From Octopus vulgaris (taxonomy: Eukaryota), in the NCBI GenBank assembly GCA_951406725.2, contig OX597821.1, positions 60,264,001-60,328,000 of the forward strand: DNA of 64,000 nucleotides, given 5' to 3'. The position numbers and the translations under genes are program-made. Positions 1 through 13,294 of the stretch are shown here, piece after piece. Each line of letters opens with the position of its first letter. Positions within the stretch are counted from its first letter, which is position 1. The notes under the pieces are model-generated. The model was not told the origin of the DNA. It made no database searches and saw only the letters and a list, made by a program, of their open reading frames with translations.

Positions 1-799
1 ATGCATATGCACATATACACGTGTGTAAAAGATTGAATGTGGATTCGTCCTTTAGTTGGAGTGGTTTCCAAAAAGATTTCTAACATTGATTCTTGATACT
101 TTGCTGAGAGTTTACTGGTGTAAATTGGCAAATTTATGAAAAGTAGTATTAGTATATTAAGTGTATGATTAATTTATGGAATGAAGTTCAACAAATCCTA
201 TCATATTTGTCAAAAATGGAGGAGATAAGATGTTAAAAATTGTAAGAAGTTTATTCCTGCATACAATTGTTTCAAACATAGACATAAATTCATTTTAGAA
301 TTTGCAAATATCATAGTGCTCATCAGTGCAGAGAAAAAAATAATAGAAACTTTAAAAAACAGCAGAGAAGTTGGATCTATGAGTTTCATGTTTATTTGTT
401 CCTATCTATGTGTGATAGGTAAGTCTAGAGATATATCAACAGATATGCAGATACAGAAATATATTAGTATATGTACAAACAGATATATGGAGCTGAACTG
501 AAATGAAATGAAAATAATCTCAATTGGTAAATAATTTTGATCTCACACACACACACATATACAAATAAATGTTATCATTTTAATTCATCCTTTATTTCCT
601 TAAACTTTGAAGCACATAATATCTGTCAAACATATTAAAAGAAGGAAAATAAGCAATACCTTTTAAGTTCATTTTGATTATATTTAATAGTAGTTTTGAT
701 TAAATGGCAGGATTTCAAAAGAACTTTTTGAAATTCCTTGCTTGAGTAGACCCAATAAGACATAGGACGCAGTGGTAAGAAAGGTCTTCAAATGTTGGG

Positions 800-1235
800 C
801 CTCAAAAAGCTGACAAGGGACCAAGATTTCTGGTAGTTTGCTGTGCTTGAAAAGACACATCAATCTAAGAGAAATTGTGGCCATCCGTACATACAAGCAT
901 GTCCTTTATGACCATGCCTCCCACTCCTTCTCAGCCAAGAAACCCTTGTCTTGTGGGTTTGCAGGCATTACATAAAAGAACTTGTGCTGGTGTCATGTAA
1001 ATGCACCTGTACCAGTGCCATGCAAGAACACCTATGTTGGTGTTATGTAAAAGCATCTGTGAGTACCATTTAAAAGCACCCAGTACACTTTGTAAAATAG
1101 TTGGCATTAGGAAGGGCATCCAACTGTAGAAATCATAGAAACAGACAAAGTGTGGGCAGCTCCCTGTCAAACCATACAACCCATGTCAGCATGGAAAACG
1201 GACGTTAAATGATAATGATAATGATGATGATGATA
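800..1235 (+). mobile_element. Degraded 3' end of RTE-clade LINE (3' UTR with AAAAGCACC repeats, (GAT)n tail)
   Basis: Shares 'ttaggaagggcatccaactgtagaaa...aacccatgtcagcatggaaaacggacgttaaatgat(gat)n' with copies at 4735, 42220 and 45232. In the 45232 copy the upstream part encodes the RTE C-terminus (..SD*DLWRYAVLEKT..). Confidence 0.65.
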
Positions 1236-1543
1236 AATGTTTTCAAATATGCTGACTCACACTCTGGAATTTCCACAGGTCCTGCAAGTTATTATTATTG
1301 TGTAGAACAGAATCATTATAACTCTATTTTAGTTACGTCCTTCCGTGTTCTAAATTCAAATCCCAACAAAGTTGATTTTGTTTTTTATTTATTATATACT
1401 AGTTTAATCAGCCATGCTTCCTATAAATTGTTTTAATTGACATCACCCACTCCAAAATATATTGTCTTGTAACTATGCTAGAAATCATCATCATCATTGT
1501 TGCTGTTGTTATTGTCGTTGTTGTTATTATTATTATTATTATT

Positions 1544-1819
1544 AAGTGAGAGAGTAGTGCATGCCATCAAAGTGACACTAGGGGAAAATATATGAAGCCC
1601 AGTATACCCATCATGACTACCTGTCTGATAAGGGTACACCAGGTACATGTATCACAACCATATGTGTGCGACATGGTGATCTCATATCAAGATTAACAGC
1701 GCATGACCTTGCAGGTGGGGCCCAGTTAGAATTTTCTTCAGGTCAAGTAGCCCATCCCGCTCAAATGGTCCCTGAATAAGCGTTGTTTAGGGCTGTTGAA
1801 GGAAATACCCATGTTTCCA
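1544..1819 (-). mobile_element. 5'-truncated copy of an unclassified non-coding retroposon embedded in (TTA/TTG)n
   Basis: Reverse complement of about 47306-47583. Both flanks are trinucleotide (tta/ttg)n tracts. Confidence 0.75.
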
Positions 1820-2605
1820 TGTTGTTGTTGTTGTTATTATTATTATTATTATTTCCATGTTGTTATTATTATTGTTGTTGTCAGCAATAACAACAACATT
1901 AGTACGCATTTCAGTTCCTGATCTCAACCACTCCTTAGATTTGAAAAGTCACATACACCAAATCTATTTTAAATTATAAACATGAAACTAAAAAATCCAA
2001 ATTATTTTCAACTCCAGCACAAAAACTAGTCAAGTGGGAATTTGATAGATGTCACATGTTATTGTACTTGTACATTACAATAGAGTATTATGTGTTAGAA
2101 TAAACTGGAAGGAGTGTAGGCTCAAAATTTAGAAGTTGCATAAATAGGTGTGAAAACTTTAAAGGAAGCATTTACTGAATCTTAGAGCTGTATATGTTTG
2201 GCAATGGTAGGAAGTGATGGCAATAATGTGTTTGTTCCTCAAATGTTTTCAAAGTGAGACCATTGGGTGCAGTCGTTTGGACACTGAAAATTTGGTGTGA
2301 CTGACTGGACATTGAACCTGTTTTGTTGACAGTACTTTTTATCACTGGAAGCAAGCACACACAGACACACACACACATGCATGTACACACAGGAATATAC
2401 ACATACAGATTTGAGAAAGTGAGAGAGAAAGAGAAAGAGAGAGAGAGATTGATTACAATTTATTAATTGAACATGGTTGCTATAAACATTTTCTTTCTCC
2501 TTATATGTATAAAGAGAAATATATTCACAAAGATAAACAGAGAGAGAGAGAAGGAGGTGAGACAGAGAAAGAGACAGCGAGGGAGGGAGGAAGGGAGAGA
2601 CAGAA

Positions 2606-2636
<31 letters not shown>

Positions 2637-2930
2637 AAGAGAGAAACATTAAATTGTCTGATATCAAATAAGTCCTTATTGAACCACCGCCAAAAAATAG
2701 TTGGTGCCAAAATAGCCCTGCCAAAATATTTTATGCCCAAAATGTTTTGTTGCCATCACCTCCTACTCCTCCAAACATGTACAATTCCAAGATTCAGTAA
2801 GTGTTTCCTTTTAAGGTTTCCCACCACTTTATGCAACTTCTAAACTTTTGAGACTGCAATGTCGCAGTGGAATTGTGTCACTGATCAAGTTACTGAACTG
2901 TGACCGATGGATAGTCTTAATCCATATATA

Positions 2931-3092
2931 TGAGGGGTTGCTAAAAAGTTCCCTGCTTTAAAGGTATTGCAAAAGGTCTGGTTGGAGGCCTAACCATCCA
3001 AGTTTTTTTATAGGGCTTAGAAAAACTACTGAAGGGTCATTGCAATAAGTATGTGAATCTAAGAGGGAAATATGTCAAAAAAAATCATAATT
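2931..3092 (+). mobile_element. Mariner-derived non-autonomous element (left TIR plus transposase C-terminal remnant)
   Basis: TA|TGAGGGGTTGCTAAAAAGTT resembles mariner TIRs (TACGAGGGG..). Downstream reads FFIGLEKLLKGHCNKYVNLRGKYVKK, like the mariner C-terminus (..KCVELKGEYVEK). Right TIR not seen. Confidence 0.6.
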
Positions 3093-4410
3093 GTGGTCCA
3101 TAATAATGTTTGTAGATTGATTCCATCATAGGATAGATAAACCTCTATCTTCAGGGAAGAGATCTTATATTTGAGATGTTAAAGGAGAAAACTTTCAAAG
3201 ATGGAATAATTGAATGTGGAGAGCTAAATGTAATAGAGGGGAGGAATTGATGGAGGAGGTTTATAATTGCGAGGTGACTTTTTTTTTCATGAATGGATAC
3301 TCTTTCTGTTGCCAACCATCACCTGTTTCCATATTTTCAGGGAAGATTGGAAAATCTATTTGTCGACAGAAAATTTTTCATGGAAGAGTTTTCATGGAAG
3401 ATTGGAAAATCTATTTGTCTACAGAGAAAATTTTTCTCCATGACAAAATACAGTGAATGACTGTCTCACAAATAATTTCTGTTTTTACAGGTATCACATT
3501 GAAAGCTATCAAATTACAAAGTGTTTGTGTTGTTTGTAATAAGTTTTATTTTACATTTCTTGTCCACCAGAGATTATGTCCGATCTTTAGCATACTGCTG
3601 TATGTCTTCTCAAATTACGATTACAGGATAAGTTGTTGATAAGAATTACCAACAAAAACAAAGCTGATAAATATGCACAGGTGTTGCAAATTAAGTTTAA
3701 TTACCAATAAACATCAGCTTGGATGACACTTTACTCAACTGACAGAGGAAGGTGACCGATTAAACTGATTATGTAAACAGAATTATTTTCTGCTTATTCT
3801 TGTTGGAACCTTTGATACTTTAAAATTTGTCATTACAGTTATTGTCAGTATGGGCAGAACTTATGAATTGTTTACTGTGAAGGGGAAATTAAATATGCTA
3901 AATATGCATTTGAATGTGGCAACAGAGCTGCTGGGAGGCATTTTAATGTTAATGAATCCAATGTTTGAAATTGGTGTAAACAATATGACAAACTTGAAAC
4001 TGTGCCTGGTATAAACAGACATAAATAAAAACATTCAATCAAGATTATCCATATCATTACATTTTTTTTCAATCAGGAATATCCATATCATTATGTCTGT
4101 CAATGTTGCTCCATTGTGATAGGCAGAAACTCCAACCAATGTAAAATATGGCCCAGACTGTATTTACCAACATGAACATCAGACTTCAAAAAGTAGTTAG
4201 CCATTTAATGATTCTAGTAAATTCATACAGAAAATGTAAGCATTATACCATCCAGCATTAATAAAAGTCAACTTCATTATATTTAAGCCATTACTTTTTT
4301 CAGTAGAAACCTATTCTCACATTACATAAGTCAACTTCTGGTACAAATGTTTACGTTTTGCACGTTTTTTTTTCAACAAAAAATATCAAAACAAATTCTG
4401 GAAACAATCT

Positions 4411-4490
4411 ACTCATGTAATTTATGCACCCACAAAAGTTTATTTTTATTTTTGCGAAAAAGTGCATAAATTACATGAGTTTTTACATAC
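4411..4490. repeat. 19-bp perfect inverted repeat, probable end of a pogo/Tc2-like MITE
   Basis: ACTCATGTAATTTATGCAC (4411-4429) and GTGCATAAATTACATGAGT (4462-4480), followed by ttttac, resembling Tc2-type subterminal palindromes. Confidence 0.5.
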
Positions 4491-4734
4491 TCATCAGGAC
4501 AACGATAACTTAATTATATGAAGGTTACATTTATTTACATTCATAGCAACTCTAGTTGCTGACAGTGAGCTATACAGAAATTTTCAGCTTATCAAATTTT
4601 CTTGTAACTTCAATATGGGAAAAAGTGTGTAACCTTTGACATCAATAAATTGTTACTGTTCCTGAACCTACATGGTTTACTTTTAATTTTCTGTACTTGC
4701 CACAGACTATTTGAACCCTTGGATCTTACCCTTA

Positions 4735-4975
4735 CGTAAAAAGCACCATCCGTCCGTGGCCGTTTGCCAGCTCTGTCTGGCAGCTGTGCGGGTGGCACGT
4801 AAAAAGCACCCACTACACTTACGGAGTGGTTGGCGTTAGGAAGGGCATCCAGCCGTAGAAACACTGCCAGATCAGACTGGGCCTGATGCAGCCTTCTGGC
4901 TTCACAGACCCCAGTTGAACCGTTCAACCCATGCTAGCATGGAAAGCAGACGCTAAATGATGATGATGATGATAT
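4735..4975 (+). mobile_element. RTE LINE 3' end (young, CpG-rich copy)
   Basis: gtaaaaagcacc repeats, 'ggagtggttggcgttaggaagggcatccagccgtagaaa', (gat)n tail. Confidence 0.75.
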
Positions 4976-5496
4976 ATATATATATATCTAATATGATAAA
5001 TGTGAAAACTAATTTCTGTGTGTTAGTGTGTCACCACCCTCTCTCGCTTTTCAATGACACTTCTACTATTCCTCATGCTGGGGTGAGAGTAATAATAGGC
5101 ATAGAGATGGTGAGGGCAGTGGTGAAGACAGACAGAGAGTGACAGAGAGAAAAGAAAAAGAGAGGGAGAGAAAGAGAGACAAAGAAATTTAGGGTGAGGT
5201 GATGATGTTTTATGAAAAGTAGTAGTGTTGATGGTGGCAGTGGGAGTAATAATAAGAGAGGGAGAAAGAGTAGGTATGTGAAAGAAAGAGGGAGATGATG
5301 TACAACTTTGTTTAATCATGTCTCTTTGGCAGAAATTCCTGTGGCCAACATACTGAACATTGAACCAACATACTGAACACTGAATTCTTTTACCCACATA
5401 TTCAGGCTTTTGCTTTTATTACTTTTGTTTTATTTTTTGCTTTCTTTAATACACACACACACATATATATACATATGCACACACACACACATCATA

Positions 5497-6301
5497 TCTA
5501 ATATAATAAATATGAATGTCAGTGTGTCACTCTTTTTCAACTTTAATAAATCTTTTCTGCTAGAAACACAAGGCCTCAAATTTTGGGGGAAGGGATTAAG
5601 TCGATTACATTGACCCCCAGTATGTAACTGGTACTAACTTTATTGTTCCCAAAAGAATGGAAGGCAAAGTTGACCTCAGTGGAATTCAAACTCAAAACCT
5701 AACAGCAGACAAAATATCGCTAAGCATTTCACCCGGTGTGCTAAGAATTCTGCCAGCTCACTACCTTAATATAATATAACAAGTGTGAATGTCAGCGTGT
5801 CACACTTTTTCAACTTTACTCTTAGAAGCCGTAGGCCAACATATCATGCCATTCTGGAATCAGGCTGACTCAACGAGTAACTTGAAAACATTCTGGGCCA
5901 AATCCAAACCCACAATCCTGAAATTTTGGATTCTCAAATTTTCCTTACTGTGACTGTTTTCAGTGATTATTTTACATGATATTTTGCGACAAATCTTTTT
6001 GTACTATAACAATTTTTATATTCTAAAGGCTAACTCTATGAGTAAATTAAAAACATTCCAGGCCAAATCTGAACCTGCAATCCTGAAATTTTGGATTCCT
6101 ATGTTTTCATTACTGTGATTGTTTTCGGCGATTTTTTTCAACGAATATGATCATCATTGGGACATTACTCTGGAGGAAGCAATTGCAACAAATTCTCCAA
6201 AACAAGTCATTGATCTGTTTGCAGATCTTCCCATTCAGGATCAGTTGCTTAAAATCTATATACTAGCTTAAAAGCCACCCAACAAGGCAGCTTCTAAACT
6301 A

Positions 6302-6302
<1 letters not shown>
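5497..6302 (+). mobile_element. Non-autonomous Helitron with Rep/Hel coding remnant, interrupted by a SINE
   Basis: 5' A|TCTAATATAATAAA at 5497; 3' decayed GC hairpin (gccacccaacaaggcagc) then CTAG|T at 6299-6302. About 6152-6223 translates HHWDITLEEAIATNSPKQVIDLFA, like the Helitron 'HW..TL.EA....SP.Q.R.LFA' motif. Internal duplication (about 5880-5985 vs 6045-6140). Related 5' heads at 4987 and about 5769. Confidence 0.75.
5560..5768 (-). mobile_element. tRNA-derived SINE family B
   Basis: Reverse complement of the head 'aaggcggcgagctggcagaa..gagttcaaattcc..gactttgcctttcatcc' seen at 11080. Confidence 0.8.
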
Positions 6303-6354
<52 letters not shown>

Positions 6355-7929
6355 TGCTTACAATTAAACTATAATAAATTGAATGAAGTTAGATATGATG
6401 TCAGTGGTTTTGAGGAAGAGACAAAATGTAGTTTATTTCTTTTATCTGTTAATAGCTAGAGATAGGAGTGGGGAGGAAAGAAAAACGAAATAGAACAATC
6501 AAATGGACAAGAGGTGACATTAGATAGTGCAGTCCCTCAAAATCTATTTTAAATATACTAATTACGTTGTTATTATCTATTCATTAGATGTCATTACAAC
6601 ATGACGCAGTCATTACCTATATTTGATGAACATTTAATCTGTTCTTTTAACATGTTAGTATTATAATTTGAATTATGAAATTAACCTCAATATTATAGTC
6701 ATATTTTGGGGTCATTACCATATCTAAAACTATGTTGATATAAACTATAAACCTCTTTTTGTAATATTTATCCTTGTACATGTTCTTGTATTTTCGTTTT
6801 AATTTTGGTGCAGATTGGGTCAAATTTTAAAAATGAAATTAATTTGTCCAAAAAGAAGAACTAGTCTACATCATTGGATACAAATGAACTTACAGGTGTT
6901 ACATCAGAGTTTTCCCTCTCCTAGAGATGTCTAAACAAATATTAGGAGTCTCTCACTCTCAACTGTTGGATGGCCATTGACACAACAAAGTCTATCTGCC
7001 CTTTGATCAGTTTTGCTTTTTGTCCTGTAGGGTGTCCAACGAAAAACACCCTCCTTATTCAGCAGGCCTAGTAGGGTTGCTTGATCAAAGGCCCAGTTAT
7101 GTGACAAGCTGTACTGTGTTACGAGTTACTAATAACACTAAGACCTGACACATACATATGCATTGTGTAATGCATGTATTTAGTAGTGAGTTAGCAAAGG
7201 AACCAACAGAACATGTATGTATGTGTTTGTATAAAGATTTTGAATGGATATAAGAAGGAATAAACCATTTATGTATGTGTCAGATTAAATGGTCCTGCAT
7301 GACTTGTGTGCAGTAGTACAATTGAATTGTAGAACTCTTGTGTATTCAAAGTACACATGCATAAATGATTTTATGTTTATAACCACTACATGTTCTCAAC
7401 ATGTTACAAATCAGTGACTGAACTGGTTTGTAAAGTGGAAGGATCTGTTGGACTGTATGGACTGAGAAACACTTCTTGCAGTTAATGAAGTAAGCACACT
7501 AAACTGATTGATTGAGTAGAGTACAGATGTACTGAAGTCCTGGCAACAGCCGTCCTGTGTGGAGATTCAGCTGCTGGTTATATCAAATTATACAACTGTG
7601 GGTTTACTTTCGCGTTACTGGCCTACAACAATATACTGTCACCAGATACTCGATCCAATAACAAGGTACAGAAGAAACATGTTAATGTAGTCATTCAATT
7701 TGTCAATATAGTAACCAATTAATAAGTCCCTCCACTAGTAATATTTTTAGTCGCCTCTTTCTTGTTATCAAGACTGCAATAAGATAACAGAAATACATTC
7801 AGAAGTATTGGAAATAAATTCATCTATTAGAAATACTATATTATGGAAAATGTTTTTCTAGAATTTTTTCTCTTTTTTTGGAAGTCTTTAACTCTAGTTT
7901 TAGGTTCATTCTATTTTGTTATTCTGTAG

Positions 7930-9720
7930 TACGACATTGAATTTACTGAAGGCGCAATTAATTGTTGGCAGTTGTGATGGTGAAGATCGTTAAAATGAAT
8001 TGTAACATCCCGTCGCCTAAGTGTAGGCAATTACTATCGCTACCATTTTGTTCCTTTGAGACAATGTCTCCCAGTAAATGGTAAAAAAAGAACATTTTCT
8101 GCTACAAAAATTACTCAAAGCATTCTTAATACTTGAATTAATTATTTTGAAAAGATATTCTATAAAGTAATTTCAGGGTTAAATATAAAATGTGTGTGTG
8201 GGGTGCGTGAATAAATGATAACCTACATTCGTTTTACTTTAGACCCCCCAACCTCTACTGTTATATATGTTGCGATGGAAATCATTTTATGATTCATTGC
8301 GATAGTGTGCTAAAAAGGAGACGGGGGTCGTTATGATACAGCCTTCCACGCTCTTTGCTTCGTATTTTGTTCATAGAAAGATTCGACCTCAGCTCTGCAA
8401 GTTATGTTGTTTTTGACTCCCTATAGTATTTATTCCCCGTTTAGGTAAATGTATGTCACATCTCATTCCCTTCTCTTTAAATTCGATACTTTGCTAAGTA
8501 AAACGAAATTAGTAATTTTAATTAAAAGTTATAAATATGGTGCCTTTCTACATTTTACAAAAATATAACTATAATAACGCCTTTAAAAAAAAATCAGAAA
8601 CGCTTTATTTTATAATCATCAAGATATAGTCGTAGTAAAGTGGCAAAACAAGAGGTGTACTGGTGGTGTCTGTCAGTGGGTTAATATGATACAGCACTAT
8701 TGGGACAGCTAGTTGAGTGCTTTCTAGACGCCATGAAGACAAGCTACTTCGTCACGTCAGTCAGCAAGAAGAGTACAATGTCGGGCAAAATCCCGCTTGT
8801 TTACGTCATAACCTAAAAAAACCTAACGGTAAAAGCAAGTATTGCTAACTCCCACCAATTTTGACTCCTTGTCGAGAGACTTTTACTCTCATCTCCGAGA
8901 TATGGTGTCTTTATTTAATTCGACAACATCGAACAGTTTTATTGCGACAAATTGTATTGGGTACTAGCTGTATGTCAATAGAATTTTCATTAAAACGGCA
9001 TCGTCCAATATTAACATTTGATTGTTTTATGAGTGCCTTTTCCCGCGTATTATCTAATATAAACGATCGAAATATATCAAAGCGGCTGCAGATTTTCAAT
9101 CATCGTATCCTTCGTGTATGATTAATGAAAATATACAGCCGCTCAATTTTAATAAACCAAACCAATTACCATTGAATTTTTTCCTTCGGGATTAAAAATA
9201 GCTTTTTTTCCATGAGAAAAACGTTGGCTTATGAAAATGTCGAAGTGACAGTCACAGTAAAGTGCATTGAAGTAACAACCATTCCTTCTGTCCGCCTTTT
9301 TATTGTTAAAACCGCTGCTTCTCAAAAGTAGCTCGCTACCCAAGTTTGCCTAGCACTCTCATAGCATCTCATCACCCTGATTCCTTAAAACTTATTTATC
9401 CGTACCTCCTAGAACTGGAATTCCACTCACACCCATATTTCCCCCGCAGATGTTCGAACTGAACATTAAAAGACTTCATCTTAGAAATCTTGGATGTGGT
9501 TCTTAACCATTTTGCGGTCATTATAGCACCACTAAAGGAATTGAAAAGTGTGAGCAAAACAGAAAAGATCCAAAGGATCACCCAATATGTTCTCTGTTGC
9601 TACTGACGAAATCAATACGAATCCTTTCATAATAAGCCAACAGCATGATATAATTTTATATACATAGTACAGATGGAGAACTAGGAATAGGAAGCGGTCA
9701 AATTACAGGATTCTGTCGTT
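7930..9720. promoter_or_regulatory. CpG-retaining unique region, putative promoter/first-exon zone
   Basis: CpG is visibly frequent compared with the depleted flanks and no repeats were recognised. ACGTCA (CRE half-sites) at 8754 and 8803; TTTTCCCGCG (E2F-like) at about 9038. Confidence 0.4.
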
Positions 9721-9778
9721 TATATATACTCTTTTACTTGTTTCAGTCATTTGACTGTGGCCATGCTGTAGCACCGCC

Positions 9779-9832
<54 letters not shown>

Positions 9833-10199
9833 GAACAAAAAAATCAATAGACCGAGTCCCATACTTGCAGCTTTCAGATTTCCATGCGCACAGTTGAAAC
9901 TTGATCTGAAAAGACCTATATTATAGTTACGCTTTCTACTTTCGAATTGATATTAAAATTTTCTAGAATAGAGTGTGTTGTTAGAATAGAGTTTTGTTGT
10001 TAGAATCACCATTTACCCGATGTGAATAGTTATCGTGGTTGAATACCATCATATGAATGAATACTATGAACTGGCGAAGTGGAATGCAATAGTGATACAA
10101 AAATAAGGCTTTCTATACTTTTCTAGCGTGTACATCTGAAGAGAATAAGAATGTTAGGTTACTGCTTCAATTATAAGTGTAAGATTCTAGGATTATAGT

Positions 10200-10636
10200 T
10201 GTCAAGTTTCCAAAACGACGTTGTTGGTATGACGTTAGTAAAATAACTCCTTAAAAGGCAAAGTTTGTAAAAAGGGTCGGAAAATTGCTAAGCGACTAAA
10301 ATAGTAAATAATTAATTCAGAATCAGGTTGATTTCGTTAATGGCTATGATTACGGTATTTTTATTTCTATAGTAGCTAATATGACATGATGCTGACGTTA
10401 TGAAATAGTGAATGGGAGGAATGGACGTGCGTAAAAGTACGTCATGACAGAACGTGACCTTGTGACTGGCTTCCGAAAAGTAGGAACGTCATTAAGCGAT
10501 GATTTTGAACGAAAAATTGACACAGGAAATAATAAAAACAGTATTTATGAATTTTATGTTCCTCATCATTTCATTCTTCTGTCGTTGATAATCGAAGTGC
10601 CAGTTAAGTACTGCGTCTGACTCTCTCTCATTCACA

Positions 10637-10712
<76 letters not shown>

Positions 10713-10800
10713 ACATACTAAGCTGTGCTGTGAAGAGTTGAAGACCACTCGGAAAATTCTTTTCTCCAGAAAATGGGCCAGGGCAAAGCAACTGCTTCTC
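10200..10800. promoter_or_regulatory. Putative promoter with a cluster of CRE/ATF-like sites
   Basis: TGACGT/ACGTCA at 10230, 10393, 10439 and 10486 plus further ACGT cores; CpG retained; adjacent (CA)n(CT)n tract. Confidence 0.4.
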
Positions 10801-10847
10801 ATAGAAAAGTTTTCAACTTATATACAACTTAAACATAATAATAATCG

Positions 10848-10972
10848 TCCCTACTATAGTTGCAAGGCCTGAAATTTGAGGAGGCTGGGATAGTTCATTA
10901 CACTAGTGCTCAATTGGTACTTATTTCGACCCTGATAGGATAAAAAGCAAAGTCGACCTCGGCGGAATTCGA
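10848..10972 (-). mobile_element. SINE family B fragment
   Basis: 'aaggcctgaaattt..aattggtacttattt..aaagtcgacctcggcggaatt' is the reverse complement of the family B body. Confidence 0.75.
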
Positions 10973-11079
10973 CGTCGGAATAAGAGCCAAAAGAAATGTT
11001 GCATTATGCATTTGTTTTACAAAATTATTGATGTAAAATCGTGTGTTGAAACAGACATTGTTATATTTGAGGACGGTCA

Positions 11080-11629
11080 AAGGCGGCGAGCTGGCAGAAA
11101 CGTTAGCATGCCGGGCGAAATGCTTAACCGTATTTTGTCTGTCGCTACGTTCTGAGTTCAAATTCCGTTGAGGTCGACTTTTCCTTTCATCCTTTCGGGG
11201 TCGATAAATTAAGTACCAGTTACGCACTGGGGTTGATATAATCGACTTAATCCGTTTGTCTGTCCTTGTTTGTCCTCTCTGTGTTTAGCCCCTTGTGGGT
11301 AGTAAAGAAATAGGTATTTCGTCTGTGTTTACGTTCTGAGTTCAAATTCCGCCGAGGTCGACTTTGCCTTTCATCCTTTCAGGGTCGATTAAATAAGTTC
11401 CAGTTGCGCACTGGGGTTGATATAATCGACTTAATCCGTTTGTCTGTCCTTGTTTGTCCTCTCTGTGTTTAGCCCCTTGTGGGTAGTAAAGAAATAGGTA
11501 TTTCGTCTGCATTTACGTTCTGAGTTCAAATGCCTTTTATCCTTTCGGGGTTGATAAATCAAGTACTGGGTCGATCTAATCGACTGGCCACCTCCCCCAA
11601 AATTTCGGGCCTTGTGCCTAGAGTAGAAA
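11080..11629 (+). mobile_element. SINE family B with an internal 184-bp unit repeated about 3 times
   Basis: Head with pol III-like boxes (GAGCTGGCAGAA..; GAGTTCAAATTCC). The unit restarts at 11130, 11314 and 11498. Tail 'cccccaaaatttcgggccttgtgcctagagtagaaa'. Confidence 0.85.
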
Positions 11630-11989
11630 TATATATCTGAGGATGGTCATATTTTGGCAATTAAACACATATACTATCAGACTGGAGTCTGGTGCAGCTC
11701 CCCAGCTTGCCTGCTCTGGTCAAATTGTTCAACCCATTTCAGCACGAACAATGGATGCTAAATGATGATGACAATGACTATATATTTGATCTTCCCTTCA
11801 GCTTTATTACTATTATTTTAGGGTCTTTGTCAGAGCTTTTTCATTACACATCCATATCTAACAGGGATTCATATCACAGAAAGACAAAAAAGAATAAGGA
11901 GAGCAAGAGGAGACACATGAGATAGAGTTGCTGAAGAGGTCACAAGATGTGTGACAAAGGGCTTTGATAAAGAAACTAAAATAATAATA

Positions 11990-12349
11990 ACAAGAACACT
12001 CAGAGAATGGAAACCTCTGCCAAGGTAACACTAACAACGATTAGCTGGAGACGATTTTTAAAATGAGAATATCTGGAATAACTCGACTGCTCTCACAAAA
12101 GAGAATACTGAAAATGAACCCGACCGTTCTCAAAAACTGAGTAAAAAACAGGAAAAACAATCCAGAATCCTTAACCAGTATTGGATCAATCCCCAAATCT
12201 AATCAGTTCAACCCAGTCGTGAGGCCAAACATTCCTGAAAGTTTCATCCAAATCCATCCAGTGGTTCCCAAGATATCTTGTCTATGGATAAACAAACAAA
12301 CAAACATAACTGAAAACAATACCTCCGCCTTCACTAAGGAAGAAGTAAT
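11990..12349. mobile_element. Helentron-associated non-autonomous element (HINE/DINE-like)
   Basis: Subterminal motif 'acctctgccaagg' at one end and 'tacctccgccttcactaaggaagaagtaat' (decayed hairpin) at the other. Internal (CAAA)n and 'aagtttcatccaaatccatccagtggtt', typical of these elements. Confidence 0.55.
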
Positions 12350-12939
12350 AAAGCTGAAGTGAAGACCAAATATATAGTGTGTGTATTTAATTGGCAAAAT
12401 ATGATCATCCCCAAATATATAACAATAATTAAAATACTGCTTTTAATCACTAAAAATATCACATATCAATGTTATTTCCCTGACTTTGTTGCATTTTGAG
12501 AGGGTCATTATGGCAATAATAAACACACGCACTGGTTCTATTTCACTTCTTTATTTTTACTAGTCAATGACATGCTCCCTCTTCTCCAGATCTTCATGAA
12601 TCTTCAGGCTTTGGCAAGGAGGTCCGTGATTACCAACACATGTAAGCCATGAAGAAAGAAAGGAAGAAAGAAAGAGGAACAGAGAGACAGAAAGGAAAGA
12701 AAGAATTGAAAATTATCAAACAAACCCAGAATCAGCAAATTAAACCCCCCCACACACACACACAATGGATAAATTTACCCTAATTTAAAGCCCATGGTGA
12801 ATAGTAATTTTCGAAACCTTTTGAGATTGTCTGGAAATATAATTTTGTTTTTAATAATATTTTGCGAAATATTGAAACTTTGGTCAGATAAAACAGAAAA
12901 TTGAATAGATAATACTGATAACAGAATATACAATTTTAA

Positions 12940-13060
12940 TAATAGACTTTAGCTCAGCAATTTTTCCAACTGTTCTTTTGAAAGAGCTGTTTCTAAATTG
13001 ACTGATTCTCGTCATCAGATTGAACAGCTCAGCACAGAAGTAAGAAAATGATTGTGAGGC
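12940..13060 (+). pseudogene. Possible highly decayed hAT transposase dimerisation-domain remnant
   Basis: Reads ..FSNCSFERAVSKL.. and, after a frameshift, RLNSSAQK*END, resembling 'SNCSAERSFSKL...RLNSLALMSIEND'. Confidence 0.3.
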
Positions 13061-13294
13061 ACTTAAGCCTTTTTTTAATAACATTGACAACAAATCAAGA
13101 GAAATGACTACATTCACCAACTGAAACAGGTCATTGATATAATTTAACTGATGGTGCACTTATCTGTAATTTTAATAGTACTCTAAAGGGCTGTGGGCAG
13201 TCAAGTGTTATGTAAAGAGAACTGATATATGGTGCTGAGGGTACTGGGGTATGGAGGCACCAGACAGTCTTTTTAGTGTTAGACAATGGCACAT

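Noticed and set aside
3341-3450. 55-bp tandem duplication
   Set aside because: Local duplication inside a decayed repeat; no sign of function.
12545-12650. Minus-strand ..GPPCQSLKIHEDLEKREHVID* followed by AATAAA as a terminal exon
   Set aside because: No AG acceptor after the pyrimidine tract and no recognisable homology.
12980-13020. Minus-strand CTGATGA...GAAACAGCTC as a hammerhead
   Set aside because: Stem II and stem I do not pair and stem III is not closed. Other CTGANGA hits (about 320, 4493, 9603, 48352, 50258, 55338) were rejected for the same reason.
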